This document shows positions 27,773 to 36,078 of a stretch of 36,078 nt of DNA, in pieces; the stretch's first letter is position 1, and each line of letters starts with the position of its first letter. Below the pieces are notes generated by a model. That model saw nothing but the letters and a program-made list of their open reading frames with translations, had not been told where the DNA came from and did no database searches. The stretch spans positions 1-36,078 of the forward strand of contig CAMZKQ010000085.1 of the NCBI GenBank assembly GCA_947311265.1, given 5' to 3'. This DNA is from an uncultured Chlorobiota bacterium. GTDB lineage: Bacteria > Bacteroidota > Bacteroidia > Bacteroidales > JAADGE01. The position numbers and the translations under genes are program-made.

Positions 27773-28606
27773 ATGCCAAACCACCCGAACAATGCCTTTA
27801 CGCTTACGCTGAAATTTTTAGGTGCATTGTCCTTACTCTTTATTTTTGCCCCCATGTTCGGTATGTTTTTAGACGTGTCTGGGGCAGATTTGTTTGACGT
27901 AGCCAAAGACAAGCAAGTACAGGACAGCATACAGCTCACCCTTTTTGCTGCCGCAAGTGGAACTCTTTTTGCTGCCCTTTTTGCCATACCACTAGCCTAC
28001 GTCCTTGCACGCTTTGACTTCTGGGGCAAGCGAATTTTACAAGGCATTATTGATTTGCCCGTAATAATCCCCCACTCTGCCGCAGGAATTGCCATTTTAG
28101 GTTTCGTAGCAAAAGACACCGCAGTCGGTCAGTTTGCCCAATTTACTGGCTTAAATTTCATCGGCACACCGCTAGGCATTGCAGTTGCAATGGCGTATGT
28201 AAGCATTCCATACCTAATAAACGCCGCAAGAGATGGCTTTGCAGCAGTGCCAGAAAGGCTCGAAAAAGCAGCATTATCACTAGGGGCAAGCCACAGGCGA
28301 ACTTTTTTTTCAATATCCCTACCCCTTGCTAAGCAAAGTGTTTTCACTGGGCTTATTATGATGTTTGCCCGAGGCATGAGCGAATTTGGAGCAGTAATAA
28401 TCGTCGCCTATCACCCCATGACTACGCCAATACTCATTTACGAACGATTTACTAGCTTTGGGCTCGCCAATGCAAAAGCAATATCAGTCCTTTTTATTTT
28501 GGTAGGATTATTAATTTTTATTACTTTCAGGATTATTACTGGCACTCCCTTTTTAAGCATAAAAAAACGCTTAAAAAAACATTCAAACCATAGAACAGAG
28601 CAATAA
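27773..28606 (+). CDS. Molybdate/tungstate ABC transporter permease (ModB/WtpB-like)
   Basis: DLPVIIPHSAAG, EAA loop LEKAALSLGAS and FARGMSEFGAV motifs. Confidence 0.87.
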   Translation: MPNHPNNAFTLTLKFLGALSLLFIFAPMFGMFLDVSGADLFDVAKDKQVQDSIQLTLFAAASGTLFAALFAIPLAYVLARFDFWGKRILQGIIDLPVIIPHSAAGIAILGFVAKDTAVGQFAQFTGLNFIGTPLGIAVAMAYVSIPYLINAARDGFAAVPERLEKAALSLGASHRRTFFSISLPLAKQSVFTGLIMMFARGMSEFGAVIIVAYHPMTTPILIYERFTSFGLANAKAISVLFILVGLLIFITFRIITGTPFLSIKKRLKKHSNHRTEQ

Positions 28607-28775
28607 AAAAACTTCAAAAAAAAATTCATAACCAGTTTTCGACTAATTGTCTATTAGCTACAATGGGAAGAGAGAAATTATTTTTGCTATCGCAAACATA
28701 ATAAAACTCACAGGGCAATATGAATTAATAATCGAAGATAGTACATTAAAACGACTCTGAAACAAATAACAAGAT

Positions 28776-29237
28776 ATGAAAAGAATAGCCGTATTCCCCG
28801 GGTCTTTCGACCCTTTTACCGTAGGACACGAATCAATGGTAAGGCGTGCCTTGCCACTTTTTGATGAAATAATAATTGCCATGGGCGTAAACTCGCAAAA
28901 AGCGGGCTATTTTGCCCCTGCAAAAAGGATAAAATGGATAGAGCAAACATTTGCCAACGAAGCCACTGTATCAGTCGCCTCTTTCGAGGGACTTACTGTT
29001 GATTTTTGTAAAGAAAGAAACGCAAAATTTATTTTGCGAGGGCTTCGCACAGCGGCAGATTTAGAGTACGAGCGAGCCATTGCCCACATGAACCACAGCA
29101 TCGCACAAGACACCCAAACCATTTTCATGCTCACCCTACCCGAGCATGCTCCCATAAGTTCTTCGCTAGTTAGAGAGGTTTTTCGCTACGGTAAAGACGT
29201 AAGTAGCTTTATCCCCAAAGGGATTGTTTTAAAATAA
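28776..29237 (+). CDS. coaD: Phosphopantetheine adenylyltransferase
   Basis: FPGSFDPFTVGH, LRGLR and ISSSLVRE motifs. Confidence 0.97.
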   Translation: MKRIAVFPGSFDPFTVGHESMVRRALPLFDEIIIAMGVNSQKAGYFAPAKRIKWIEQTFANEATVSVASFEGLTVDFCKERNAKFILRGLRTAADLEYERAIAHMNHSIAQDTQTIFMLTLPEHAPISSSLVREVFRYGKDVSSFIPKGIVLK

Positions 29238-29268
29238 TCCTAGCTCCTGTTTTAAAGCAGAGTGTAGC

Positions 29269-32145
29269 CTAAGTTTCATCGTTATAACTTTCCATTGGCG
29301 GGCAAGTACACATTAAATTTCGGTCGCCATAAGCATCGTCCAAGCGAGCAACAGGGAGCTGGAATTTATTTTCGTACAAATAGGGCATAGGAAAACCTGC
29401 CTTTTCTCGGCTGTATGGATATTTCCATTCACTTGCAGTAAGTACTTTTTCCGAATGGGGAGCATTTTTTAGTACATTGTTTAATTTATCGGCTTTGCCG
29501 TCTTTTATTTCTTGTATTTCATTATAAATAGAAATCATTGCATCGGCAAAGCGATCCAATTCGGCTTTGGACTCGCTTTCGGTCGGTTCAACCATTAAAG
29601 TACCATGTACAGGAAACGAAAGTGTTGGGGCATGAAACCCATAATCCATCAAGCGTTTAGCAATATCTGCCTCGGTAATTCCGGCTTCTATTTTAAAATT
29701 TCGGCACTCCAAAATCATTTCGTGTGCAACACGACCTTTTGCACCAGTATATAATATTTTGTAATAATCTTGTAGCCTTACTGCAAGGTAATTAGCATTC
29801 AGAATTGCAGATTTCGTAACTTTTTTTAACCCTTTTTCACCAAGCATTTTAATGTACCCGTAAGTAATTGGCAAAACAGAGGCACTCCCCCATGGGGCTG
29901 CGGCGACAGCTTTTATGCCCTCTTTTCCACCTGTTTTTATAATCGGGTTGGACGGTAGGTATTTTGCCAAATGTTTGGCTACGCCAATAGGACCAACTCC
30001 GGGGCCACCGCCACCATGTGGAATAGCAAAGGTTTTGTGCAAGTTTAGGTGGCAAACATCTGCCCCTATTCTACCTGGGCTGGTAAGCCCCACTTGTGCA
30101 TTCATGTTTGCACCGTCCATATAGACTTGCCCCCCGTTGTCGTGTATAATTTTACACATATCCATAACCCCAGTTTCAAAAACGCCGTGCGTTGATGGGT
30201 AAGTTATCATAAAGGCCGCCAAATCGTTAGTATATAACTTTGCTTTTGCCTGTAAATCTTCGATGTCGATATTTCCCCTATCATCACATTTTACAATAAC
30301 CACCTTCATACCTGCCATTACTGCACTTGCAGGGTTGGTGCCATGTGCCGATGAAGGGATAAGCACGACCTTGCGGTGCCCTTGATTTTGGCTTTCTAAA
30401 TACTTTTTTATTACCAAAAGTCCTGTATATTCGCCCGCTGCTCCCGAGTTGGGTTGTAAGGAGGTAGCCTCAAAGCCTGTTATTTCCGAAAGGTCTTTTG
30501 TGAGTTCTTTAATTATTTGCTGATATCCTTTGGCTTGGTTTAATGGTACAAATGGGTGCAAGTTCCCAAATTGTGGGTTACTTATTGGTAACATTAGTGT
30601 AGCTGCATTTAGTTTCATGGTGCAAGAGCCAAGCGAAATCATGGAGTGTGCCAAAGAAATATCTCTATGCTCTAATTTTTTAATGTACCGCATCATTTCT
30701 GTTTCGCTGCGGTAGCTGTTGAAAATTGGTTGTCTAAGGAAATTGTCTTGCCTTGTAAACTTGGTATCAAAATCAGGCGTATTAGAAAATCTAACTTTAT
30801 TTTTCAGTTTTAATTTTGCAGCCTTTGCAAATACTTTTAAGATTTGTTTCAAATCTTTTTTAGAGGTGGTTTCATTTAAACTTATCCCAACAGTATGCCT
30901 ATCGAAATAACGAAAATTAATTTCGTTTTTCAAGGCCAGTTTTCTTAATTTTTTAATCGAAACTTCTTTGGGCAGTTCAATTTTTAGGGTATCAAAATAA
31001 TCTGAGTTGAGTTGTTGGTAGCCCATATTTTTAAGGGCATCGCCTACTGCTTTCGCAGAAAAGTGAATATTTAGGGCAATCTGTTTTAGCCCTGATGCCC
31101 CATGATACACGGCATACATTCCTGCCATTGTTGCTAAGAGGGCTTGTGCGGTGCAAATATTTGAGGTGGCTTTTTCTCGCTTTATATGTTGCTCTCTGGT
31201 TTGGAGTGCCATGCGGTAGGCTTTATTTCCTGCGGCATCTTTGGATACGCCAATAATTCGCCCGGGTATGTTTCTTTTAAATTTTTCGGACGTTGCAAAA
31301 TAACCTGCATGGGGACCTCCATACCCCATAGGGATACCAAAACGCTGGGTTGTGCCAAAAACAATATCTGCCCCCCAGGCTGCTGGTGGAGTTAAAATGG
31401 CAAGGCTAAGTAAATCGGCTGCAACTCCCAATAATATATTATTGGCTTTGGCTTTTTCCGCAAAAGCGGAATAGTCGTTTATTTTACCGTCGCTGTTGGG
31501 GTACTGTACAATTGCCCCAAATACTTTATCATGAAATTCATAGTTTTGAAAATTATCAATTTCAATAAGGATCCCTAATTGTTCGGCACGTACTTTAATT
31601 ACTTCGATGGTTTGTGGGAATACATTTTTATCTACAAAGAAAGTATTTACCCCAGCTTTTATAGCTGCTCTTTTTCGCAAACCAAACATCATGAGCATTG
31701 CTTCTGCGGCAGCAGTGGCCTCGTCTAGCAAAGAGGCATTAGCCAACTGGCAACCTGTAAGCTCAGTAATTACAGTTTGGAAATTGAGCAATGCCTCGAG
31801 CCGCCCTTGCGAGATTTCGGCTTGGTAGGGTGTATATGAGGTGTACCAAACTGGGTTTTCAAAAATATTTCGCCAAACTACAGAAGGGGTAATTGTAGCA
31901 TTATACCCTAAGCCAATATAGGTTTTAAAGCATTTATTTTTTGCTCCAATTTTCTGTATTTTTTGCAAATATTCGTATTCGCTTATTGCAGGTGATATGT
32001 CAATCCCCGTCTCCAAACGAATCTTATCAGGTAGTGTTTGTGCTATTAGCTCGTCTTCGGAAGAAACGCCAATTACTTTTAGCATTAACTGGATATACTT
32101 TTCTGAATTACCATTATGCCGGTTAATATATTTTTCAAAAGCCAT
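29269..32145 (-). CDS. gcvP: Glycine dehydrogenase (decarboxylating), glycine cleavage P protein
   Basis: YTPYQAEISQGRLE, REKATSNICTAQ, LGSCTMK and HLNLHKTF (PLP lysine); 958 aa single chain. Confidence 0.98.
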   Translation of the reverse strand: MAFEKYINRHNGNSEKYIQLMLKVIGVSSEDELIAQTLPDKIRLETGIDISPAISEYEYLQKIQKIGAKNKCFKTYIGLGYNATITPSVVWRNIFENPVWYTSYTPYQAEISQGRLEALLNFQTVITELTGCQLANASLLDEATAAAEAMLMMFGLRKRAAIKAGVNTFFVDKNVFPQTIEVIKVRAEQLGILIEIDNFQNYEFHDKVFGAIVQYPNSDGKINDYSAFAEKAKANNILLGVAADLLSLAILTPPAAWGADIVFGTTQRFGIPMGYGGPHAGYFATSEKFKRNIPGRIIGVSKDAAGNKAYRMALQTREQHIKREKATSNICTAQALLATMAGMYAVYHGASGLKQIALNIHFSAKAVGDALKNMGYQQLNSDYFDTLKIELPKEVSIKKLRKLALKNEINFRYFDRHTVGISLNETTSKKDLKQILKVFAKAAKLKLKNKVRFSNTPDFDTKFTRQDNFLRQPIFNSYRSETEMMRYIKKLEHRDISLAHSMISLGSCTMKLNAATLMLPISNPQFGNLHPFVPLNQAKGYQQIIKELTKDLSEITGFEATSLQPNSGAAGEYTGLLVIKKYLESQNQGHRKVVLIPSSAHGTNPASAVMAGMKVVIVKCDDRGNIDIEDLQAKAKLYTNDLAAFMITYPSTHGVFETGVMDMCKIIHDNGGQVYMDGANMNAQVGLTSPGRIGADVCHLNLHKTFAIPHGGGGPGVGPIGVAKHLAKYLPSNPIIKTGGKEGIKAVAAAPWGSASVLPITYGYIKMLGEKGLKKVTKSAILNANYLAVRLQDYYKILYTGAKGRVAHEMILECRNFKIEAGITEADIAKRLMDYGFHAPTLSFPVHGTLMVEPTESESKAELDRFADAMISIYNEIQEIKDGKADKLNNVLKNAPHSEKVLTASEWKYPYSREKAGFPMPYLYENKFQLPVARLDDAYGDRNLMCTCPPMESYNDET

Positions 32146-32186
32146 TATAGAATTGTATTTTATACGGAATTATTTTATAATTTGCA

Positions 32187-32194
32187 CAAATGTA
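32187..32194 (-). promoter_or_regulatory. Bacteroidota -7 promoter box for gcvP
   Basis: TACATTTG on the minus strand, ~40 nt upstream of the ATG. Confidence 0.55.
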
Positions 32195-32258
32195 ATAATT
32201 ACTTTATGATTTTGATTATTCAATTAGAGATATTTTTTTAATCATTAATAAAATTGAA

Positions 32259-33326
32259 ATGGAAAATACAATTATAGATAAATCAAAACCTGTAATGCTA
32301 ACTGGGGCAACTGGTTATGTAGCAGGTTGGATAGTAAAAAAACTTTTGAAACAGGGCTTTACGGTACATGCCCCTGTTAGGGATATTAATAATGTAGAAA
32401 AGCTAAAATACCTCAATGAAATTGCCGCTGACGCAGTAGGTTCTATTAAATATTTTGAAGCCGATTTGCTTAAAGAAGGCTCTTATGATGAGGCGGCAAA
32501 AGGCTGCGAAATTATTTTCCATACGGCATCGCCGTTTTCGATGGAGGTAAAAGACCCAATGAAAGAACTCGTTGAACCTGCTTTGCTTGGCACTGAAAAC
32601 GTACTGAACACCGCCAACAAAACGGAAAGTGTAAAGCGTGTTGTACTGACCAGTAGCTGTGCTGCAATTATTGGCGATGCCAAAGATTGTTTAACACTAC
32701 CCAATAATACGGCTACCGAAAAGGATTGGAATTTCTCATCAACTGTAAATCATCAGGCGTACTCGTACTCCAAAACGATAGCAGAAAAAAAGGCTTGGAA
32801 GATAAACAAAAATCAATCCCGTTGGGATTTGGTGGTAATTAACCCATCGTTTGTAATTGGTCCGGGGATAAACCCTAATGGCAGTTCGGAAAGTTTTAGC
32901 CTTGTTCGCCAAATGGGCGATGGGCAATTAAAAACAGGTGTACCTGAATTTTTTGTTGGTGTAATTGATGTGAGGGATTTGGCAGATGCTCATTTAAAAG
33001 TGGCATTTAACCCGCAGTCAAAAGGGCGGCATATTATTTCTAATCAAGAGGTTAGCTTTTTGCAACTGTCTAAAATTCTTCAAAAAGAATTTGGGGACAA
33101 ATACCCTTTCCCGAAAAGGGAGTTGCCCAAATTTTTAGTGTGGATTATGGCCCCTACTGTGGGCTTCAAACGTAAAATGATTTGGCTAAATATTGGCTAC
33201 CATTGGCTAGTTGATAATACCAAAAGCAAAACAGAGTTAGCAATGAAATACCGCCCTGTAGAAGAGTCAATTATTGATTTTTTTCAGCAGCAAGTTGATG
33301 CAGGGTATTTTAAAAGTAAGGTTTAA
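32259..33326 (+). CDS. Extended SDR, NAD(P)-dependent aldehyde reductase / dihydroflavonol-reductase-like
   Basis: TGATGYVA, HTASP, TSSCAAI, YSYSK and DVRDLA motifs. Confidence 0.9.
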   Translation: MENTIIDKSKPVMLTGATGYVAGWIVKKLLKQGFTVHAPVRDINNVEKLKYLNEIAADAVGSIKYFEADLLKEGSYDEAAKGCEIIFHTASPFSMEVKDPMKELVEPALLGTENVLNTANKTESVKRVVLTSSCAAIIGDAKDCLTLPNNTATEKDWNFSSTVNHQAYSYSKTIAEKKAWKINKNQSRWDLVVINPSFVIGPGINPNGSSESFSLVRQMGDGQLKTGVPEFFVGVIDVRDLADAHLKVAFNPQSKGRHIISNQEVSFLQLSKILQKEFGDKYPFPKRELPKFLVWIMAPTVGFKRKMIWLNIGYHWLVDNTKSKTELAMKYRPVEESIIDFFQQQVDAGYFKSKV

Positions 33327-33967
33327 TTAGCCCTCACAAAAGGGTTATTCTGCCTTTCAAAGCCTATTGTTGTTGTATCGCCATGCCCGGGATATACGGT
33401 GTAGTCATCGGGCAATTGGTACAATTTTGCCTTGATGCTTTCCACTAGCTGTGTATGGTTGCCACCGGGTAAGTCGGTTCTGCCAATGCTGCCTTTAAAT
33501 AATACGTCGCCTGAAATTACGGCTTTTGCTGCGTGCGAAACAAAAACGATATGCCCCGGAGTATGCCCGGGAACAAACAGAATTTCTAGTTCTGAATTTC
33601 CAAAGGAAATTTTGTCGCCTTCTGCAAGGTATTTCCCAATTTCAGGAATGCTTTGCCCAGAAATACCAAAACGTTTGCAAGAAATTTCAAAACCTTGGTG
33701 GATAAACTCTTCCTCCTTATGTGCTTCCATTTCTAAATCAAACATTTGTGCCACATAATTTGCACCAAATATATGGTCTAAATGGCAATGGGTTTGTAAA
33801 AGGCGAACGGGTTTTAACTTATTCGTTTGTAGGAAATTCATTAACTTTACATTTTCCTCTTCCGAAAAACAACCGGGGTCAATGATTACACATTCGCCAG
33901 TTTCGTCTGCAAGCACAGAGGTATTTTGATGAAATGGACCGAACGTTAAAACGTGTATTTTTACCAT
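33323..33967 (-). CDS. MBL-fold metallo-hydrolase (glyoxalase II/YcbL-like)
   Basis: THCHLDH, PGHTPGH, GDVLFKGSIGRTD and PGHG motifs. Confidence 0.93.
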   Translation of the reverse strand: MVKIHVLTFGPFHQNTSVLADETGECVIIDPGCFSEEENVKLMNFLQTNKLKPVRLLQTHCHLDHIFGANYVAQMFDLEMEAHKEEEFIHQGFEISCKRFGISGQSIPEIGKYLAEGDKISFGNSELEILFVPGHTPGHIVFVSHAAKAVISGDVLFKGSIGRTDLPGGNHTQLVESIKAKLYQLPDDYTVYPGHGDTTTIGFERQNNPFVRAN

Positions 33968-33988
33968 AAAAAAATAAAATTATCCTAA

Positions 33989-34462
33989 TTAAAAAGAGTA
34001 GCCTAAACTCATAGACACTAAAAATGTATTTACTCCTATCTTAAAAAGGAAACCGCCTGCTGGCTTTTGGTAGCGATAGCCAACATAAGCCAGTGGAGCT
34101 GGAACATAAATATCAGTAGCCTTCTTCATTTCGACTAGATTTTGCATACCTAGTGCAACTTCGGTATGGTGTGCACTAGCAGTATTAAAAACCGCATGTG
34201 CAGCTACCGGGAAATGTAGCAGTAAGTCTGGTCCAAAAAAATAGGACGAGAAAACACCAGCACCAGCACTTATATTTATATCCGTATTCTTAATTTGTGC
34301 AATATTTCTTTCGTAAACAATATCAGTCATATTAAAAAGAAGTAGCGATGCTGTGTGGGAGTAAATACTATTTTTTACATTTGCTCCTACAAATTCCTGT
34401 GCATTTGCCGAACTGCCTACAAAAAGAGAGGTAACTAAAAATAAGAAGAACAATTTTTTCAT
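33989..34462 (-). CDS. Hypothetical small outer-membrane beta-barrel-like protein
   Basis: Signal peptide MKKLFFLF..ANA/Q, YVGYRYQ strand and C-terminal LGYSF (BAM-type). Start moved to 34462; a TATGTTTG box lies at 34497-34504. Confidence 0.7.
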   Translation of the reverse strand: MKKLFFLFLVTSLFVGSSANAQEFVGANVKNSIYSHTASLLLFNMTDIVYERNIAQIKNTDINISAGAGVFSSYFFGPDLLLHFPVAAHAVFNTASAHHTEVALGMQNLVEMKKATDIYVPAPLAYVGYRYQKPAGGFLFKIGVNTFLVSMSLGYSF

Positions 34463-34567
34463 AAATGTTATATTTTTAATACAAATAATTAGGTTACAAA
34501 CATAGCGATTAGATTTTAATATATAAAACAAAAATTAACCTAATTAAAATAATTTGGAAAATTTTAA

Positions 34568-34575
34568 TAAATTTG
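34568..34575 (+). promoter_or_regulatory. Bacteroidota -7 promoter box for the Omp28-domain gene
   Basis: TAAATTTG followed by C, 27 nt before the ATG at 34603. Confidence 0.6.
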
Positions 34576-34602
34576 CTAAAATCTCACTTTATACATATTC
34601 CT

Positions 34603-36078
34603 ATGAAAAAGATATACCTTATCCTCCTTACCCTTTTTGCAAGTTATGGATTAGCTACGGCACAAACCCTAGTCAGTACCGAAGTGCAAAACAAAGTCGC
34701 TATCCTAGAAGAATACACCGGCATATATTGCGTCTATTGCCCAGAAGGGCATGCCATTGGCAACGCCTTGGTAGCCAATAATTCAGGAAAAGTACTCCTT
34801 GTAAATATCCATACAGGCGGCTTTGCAGCCCCCTCTGCTGGCGACCCCGATTTCAGAACCACTTACGGCGATGGAGTAGCAGCAATTTCGGCACTTACAG
34901 GCTACCCATCAGGGAGTGTAAATAGGCATTTGTTCCCCGGGTTTGCAAGCAATGGAGGCACTGCCATGGACAGGGGCAGCTGGACAGCCGCTGCTGCTCA
35001 AATCATGGACGAAGTATCGCCAGTAAATGTAGGCGTTTCCTCGCAGTACAACAGCAATACCCGAGAATTAACTGTAAATGTAGAACTATATTATACCAGC
35101 AATGCCCCCGACAATACTAACCTAATAAATGTGGCACTAGTGCAAAATGGTATTCTTGGCCCCCAGACTGGCGGCGGTATGGGCGATAATTATGTACACA
35201 ACCACGTATTTAGAGATTACCTCACAGGGCAATGGGGAGATGAGGTAAACACCACCACACAAGGCACATTTATCCAACGCACATATACCTACACAATCCC
35301 AGAAAACTACATTGGTATTCCTTGCATTGCCGAAGATTGCGAAATAGCCGTTTATGTGTCAGAAAGTAATCATAAAGAAATTTATTCAGGAGCAGGTTGC
35401 CACGCCGTAGGCGGTAGCACTTTTGTTACAGGGCACTTTTCAGCACCTACAGCAACTACTGTACAAGGCATTAATGCCACCGAGAGTACTTTCAATTTTA
35501 ATTTTGATAACTATGTAGGCAATAACGAAACATTTAATTTTACATTAGAGCATAACGCACCAGCCTCTTGGGGCGTTTCTTTTTCCGTAAACGGAACAAA
35601 TTATACCAGTAACGCCACCGTTAGTTTAACTAATGCTGCTTTGGCAGATATTTCCATAAAAGTAAGCCCCTCTGCCGAAGCCAGCTTTTCAACCTTTACA
35701 CTAAAAGCAAGTTCCTCCTCAATGCAAGGTGCTCCGGAACTTAGTAGGCAAGTCTTTCTAGTGGCTAATGTTAATGACCTAATTGTTCACAACCAAGGCT
35801 CTTGGAGCAATGGTAACCCTTGGGATTTTGATGAACTTTTCAAAGCTGGGCTTGCCTACTCAGGAACAGCTAACTACGATGCGGTAGATTACAAATTATT
35901 TAAACAAGCGGCTAATGCCGGAATAAATTTCACATCAGTATTCTTTAATGTTGGCTGGACATCACCTGCACTTACCGACGAAAATGTAGCCCTTTTTGAA
36001 ACCTACTTAGACAACGGGGGCAGGCTATTTATCTCTGGGCAAGACCTTGGCTGGGCAACTTGGGACGCACAGGGCAAT
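34603..36078 (+). CDS. Omp28-related secreted protein (partial, runs off window; absent from ORF track)
   Basis: MKKIYLILLTLFASYGLATA/Q signal peptide, ILEEYTGIYCVYCPEGH (CxxC), GYPSGSVNR and YVHNHVFR..GQWG; still in frame at ..YLDNGGRLFISGQDLGW near the window end. Confidence 0.9.
   Translation, partial: MKKIYLILLTLFASYGLATAQTLVSTEVQNKVAILEEYTGIYCVYCPEGHAIGNALVANNSGKVLLVNIHTGGFAAPSAGDPDFRTTYGDGVAAISALTGYPSGSVNRHLFPGFASNGGTAMDRGSWTAAAAQIMDEVSPVNVGVSSQYNSNTRELTVNVELYYTSNAPDNTNLINVALVQNGILGPQTGGGMGDNYVHNHVFRDYLTGQWGDEVNTTTQGTFIQRTYTYTIPENYIGIPCIAEDCEIAVYVSESNHKEIYSGAGCHAVGGSTFVTGHFSAPTATTVQGINATESTFNFNFDNYVGNNETFNFTLEHNAPASWGVSFSVNGTNYTSNATVSLTNAALADISIKVSPSAEASFSTFTLKASSSSMQGAPELSRQVFLVANVNDLIVHNQGSWSNGNPWDFDELFKAGLAYSGTANYDAVDYKLFKQAANAGINFTSVFFNVGWTSPALTDENVALFETYLDNGGRLFISGQDLGWATWDAQGN

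Noticed and set aside
28607-28775. Small ORF or ModC remnant after the permease
   Set aside because: Only a ~35-codon TTG-started frame with no recognisable motif.
29238-29268. Terminator between coaD and gcvP
   Set aside because: Imperfect short hairpin with no U-tract.
32146-32258. Glycine riboswitch upstream of gcvP
   Set aside because: The leader is short and AT-rich, with no GGAGA/CCGAAG aptamer motifs.

Overview
AT-rich chromosomal segment of a Bacteroidota organism, probably Bacteroidales (T9SS cargo, Omp28 protein, homodimeric GlyRS, repeated TAnnTTTG -7 promoter boxes). Housekeeping genes are tsaB, glyQS, a UbiD/MqnL-type decarboxylase, recX, glpD-like, prmA, trpS, pyrH, coaD and gcvP. 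They flank a very AT-rich, ~13.3 kb minus-strand wzm/wzt polysaccharide operon (6057-19361). That operon holds six glycosyltransferases, three methyltransferases, a sulfotransferase, an acyltransferase and an epimerase. It shows remodelling: single-base frameshifts, an in-frame TAA, a 138-bp duplicated GT 5' end bracketing the sulfotransferase, a collapsed AlbA_2/wHTH gene remnant, and an A9 run that could fuse a GT2 to the acyltransferase. Also present: the 3' end of an Rpn-family nuclease with a 42-bp tandem repeat, an orphan hybrid histidine kinase, an orphan ModB/WtpB-like permease and a partial Omp28-domain gene missing from the ORF track. Strand compositional bias appears to flip several times, once inside a gene. 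I saw no rRNA, tRNA, CRISPR array or intact IS, and cannot demonstrate an unambiguously new system. All calls come from reading motifs by eye; no searches were run.
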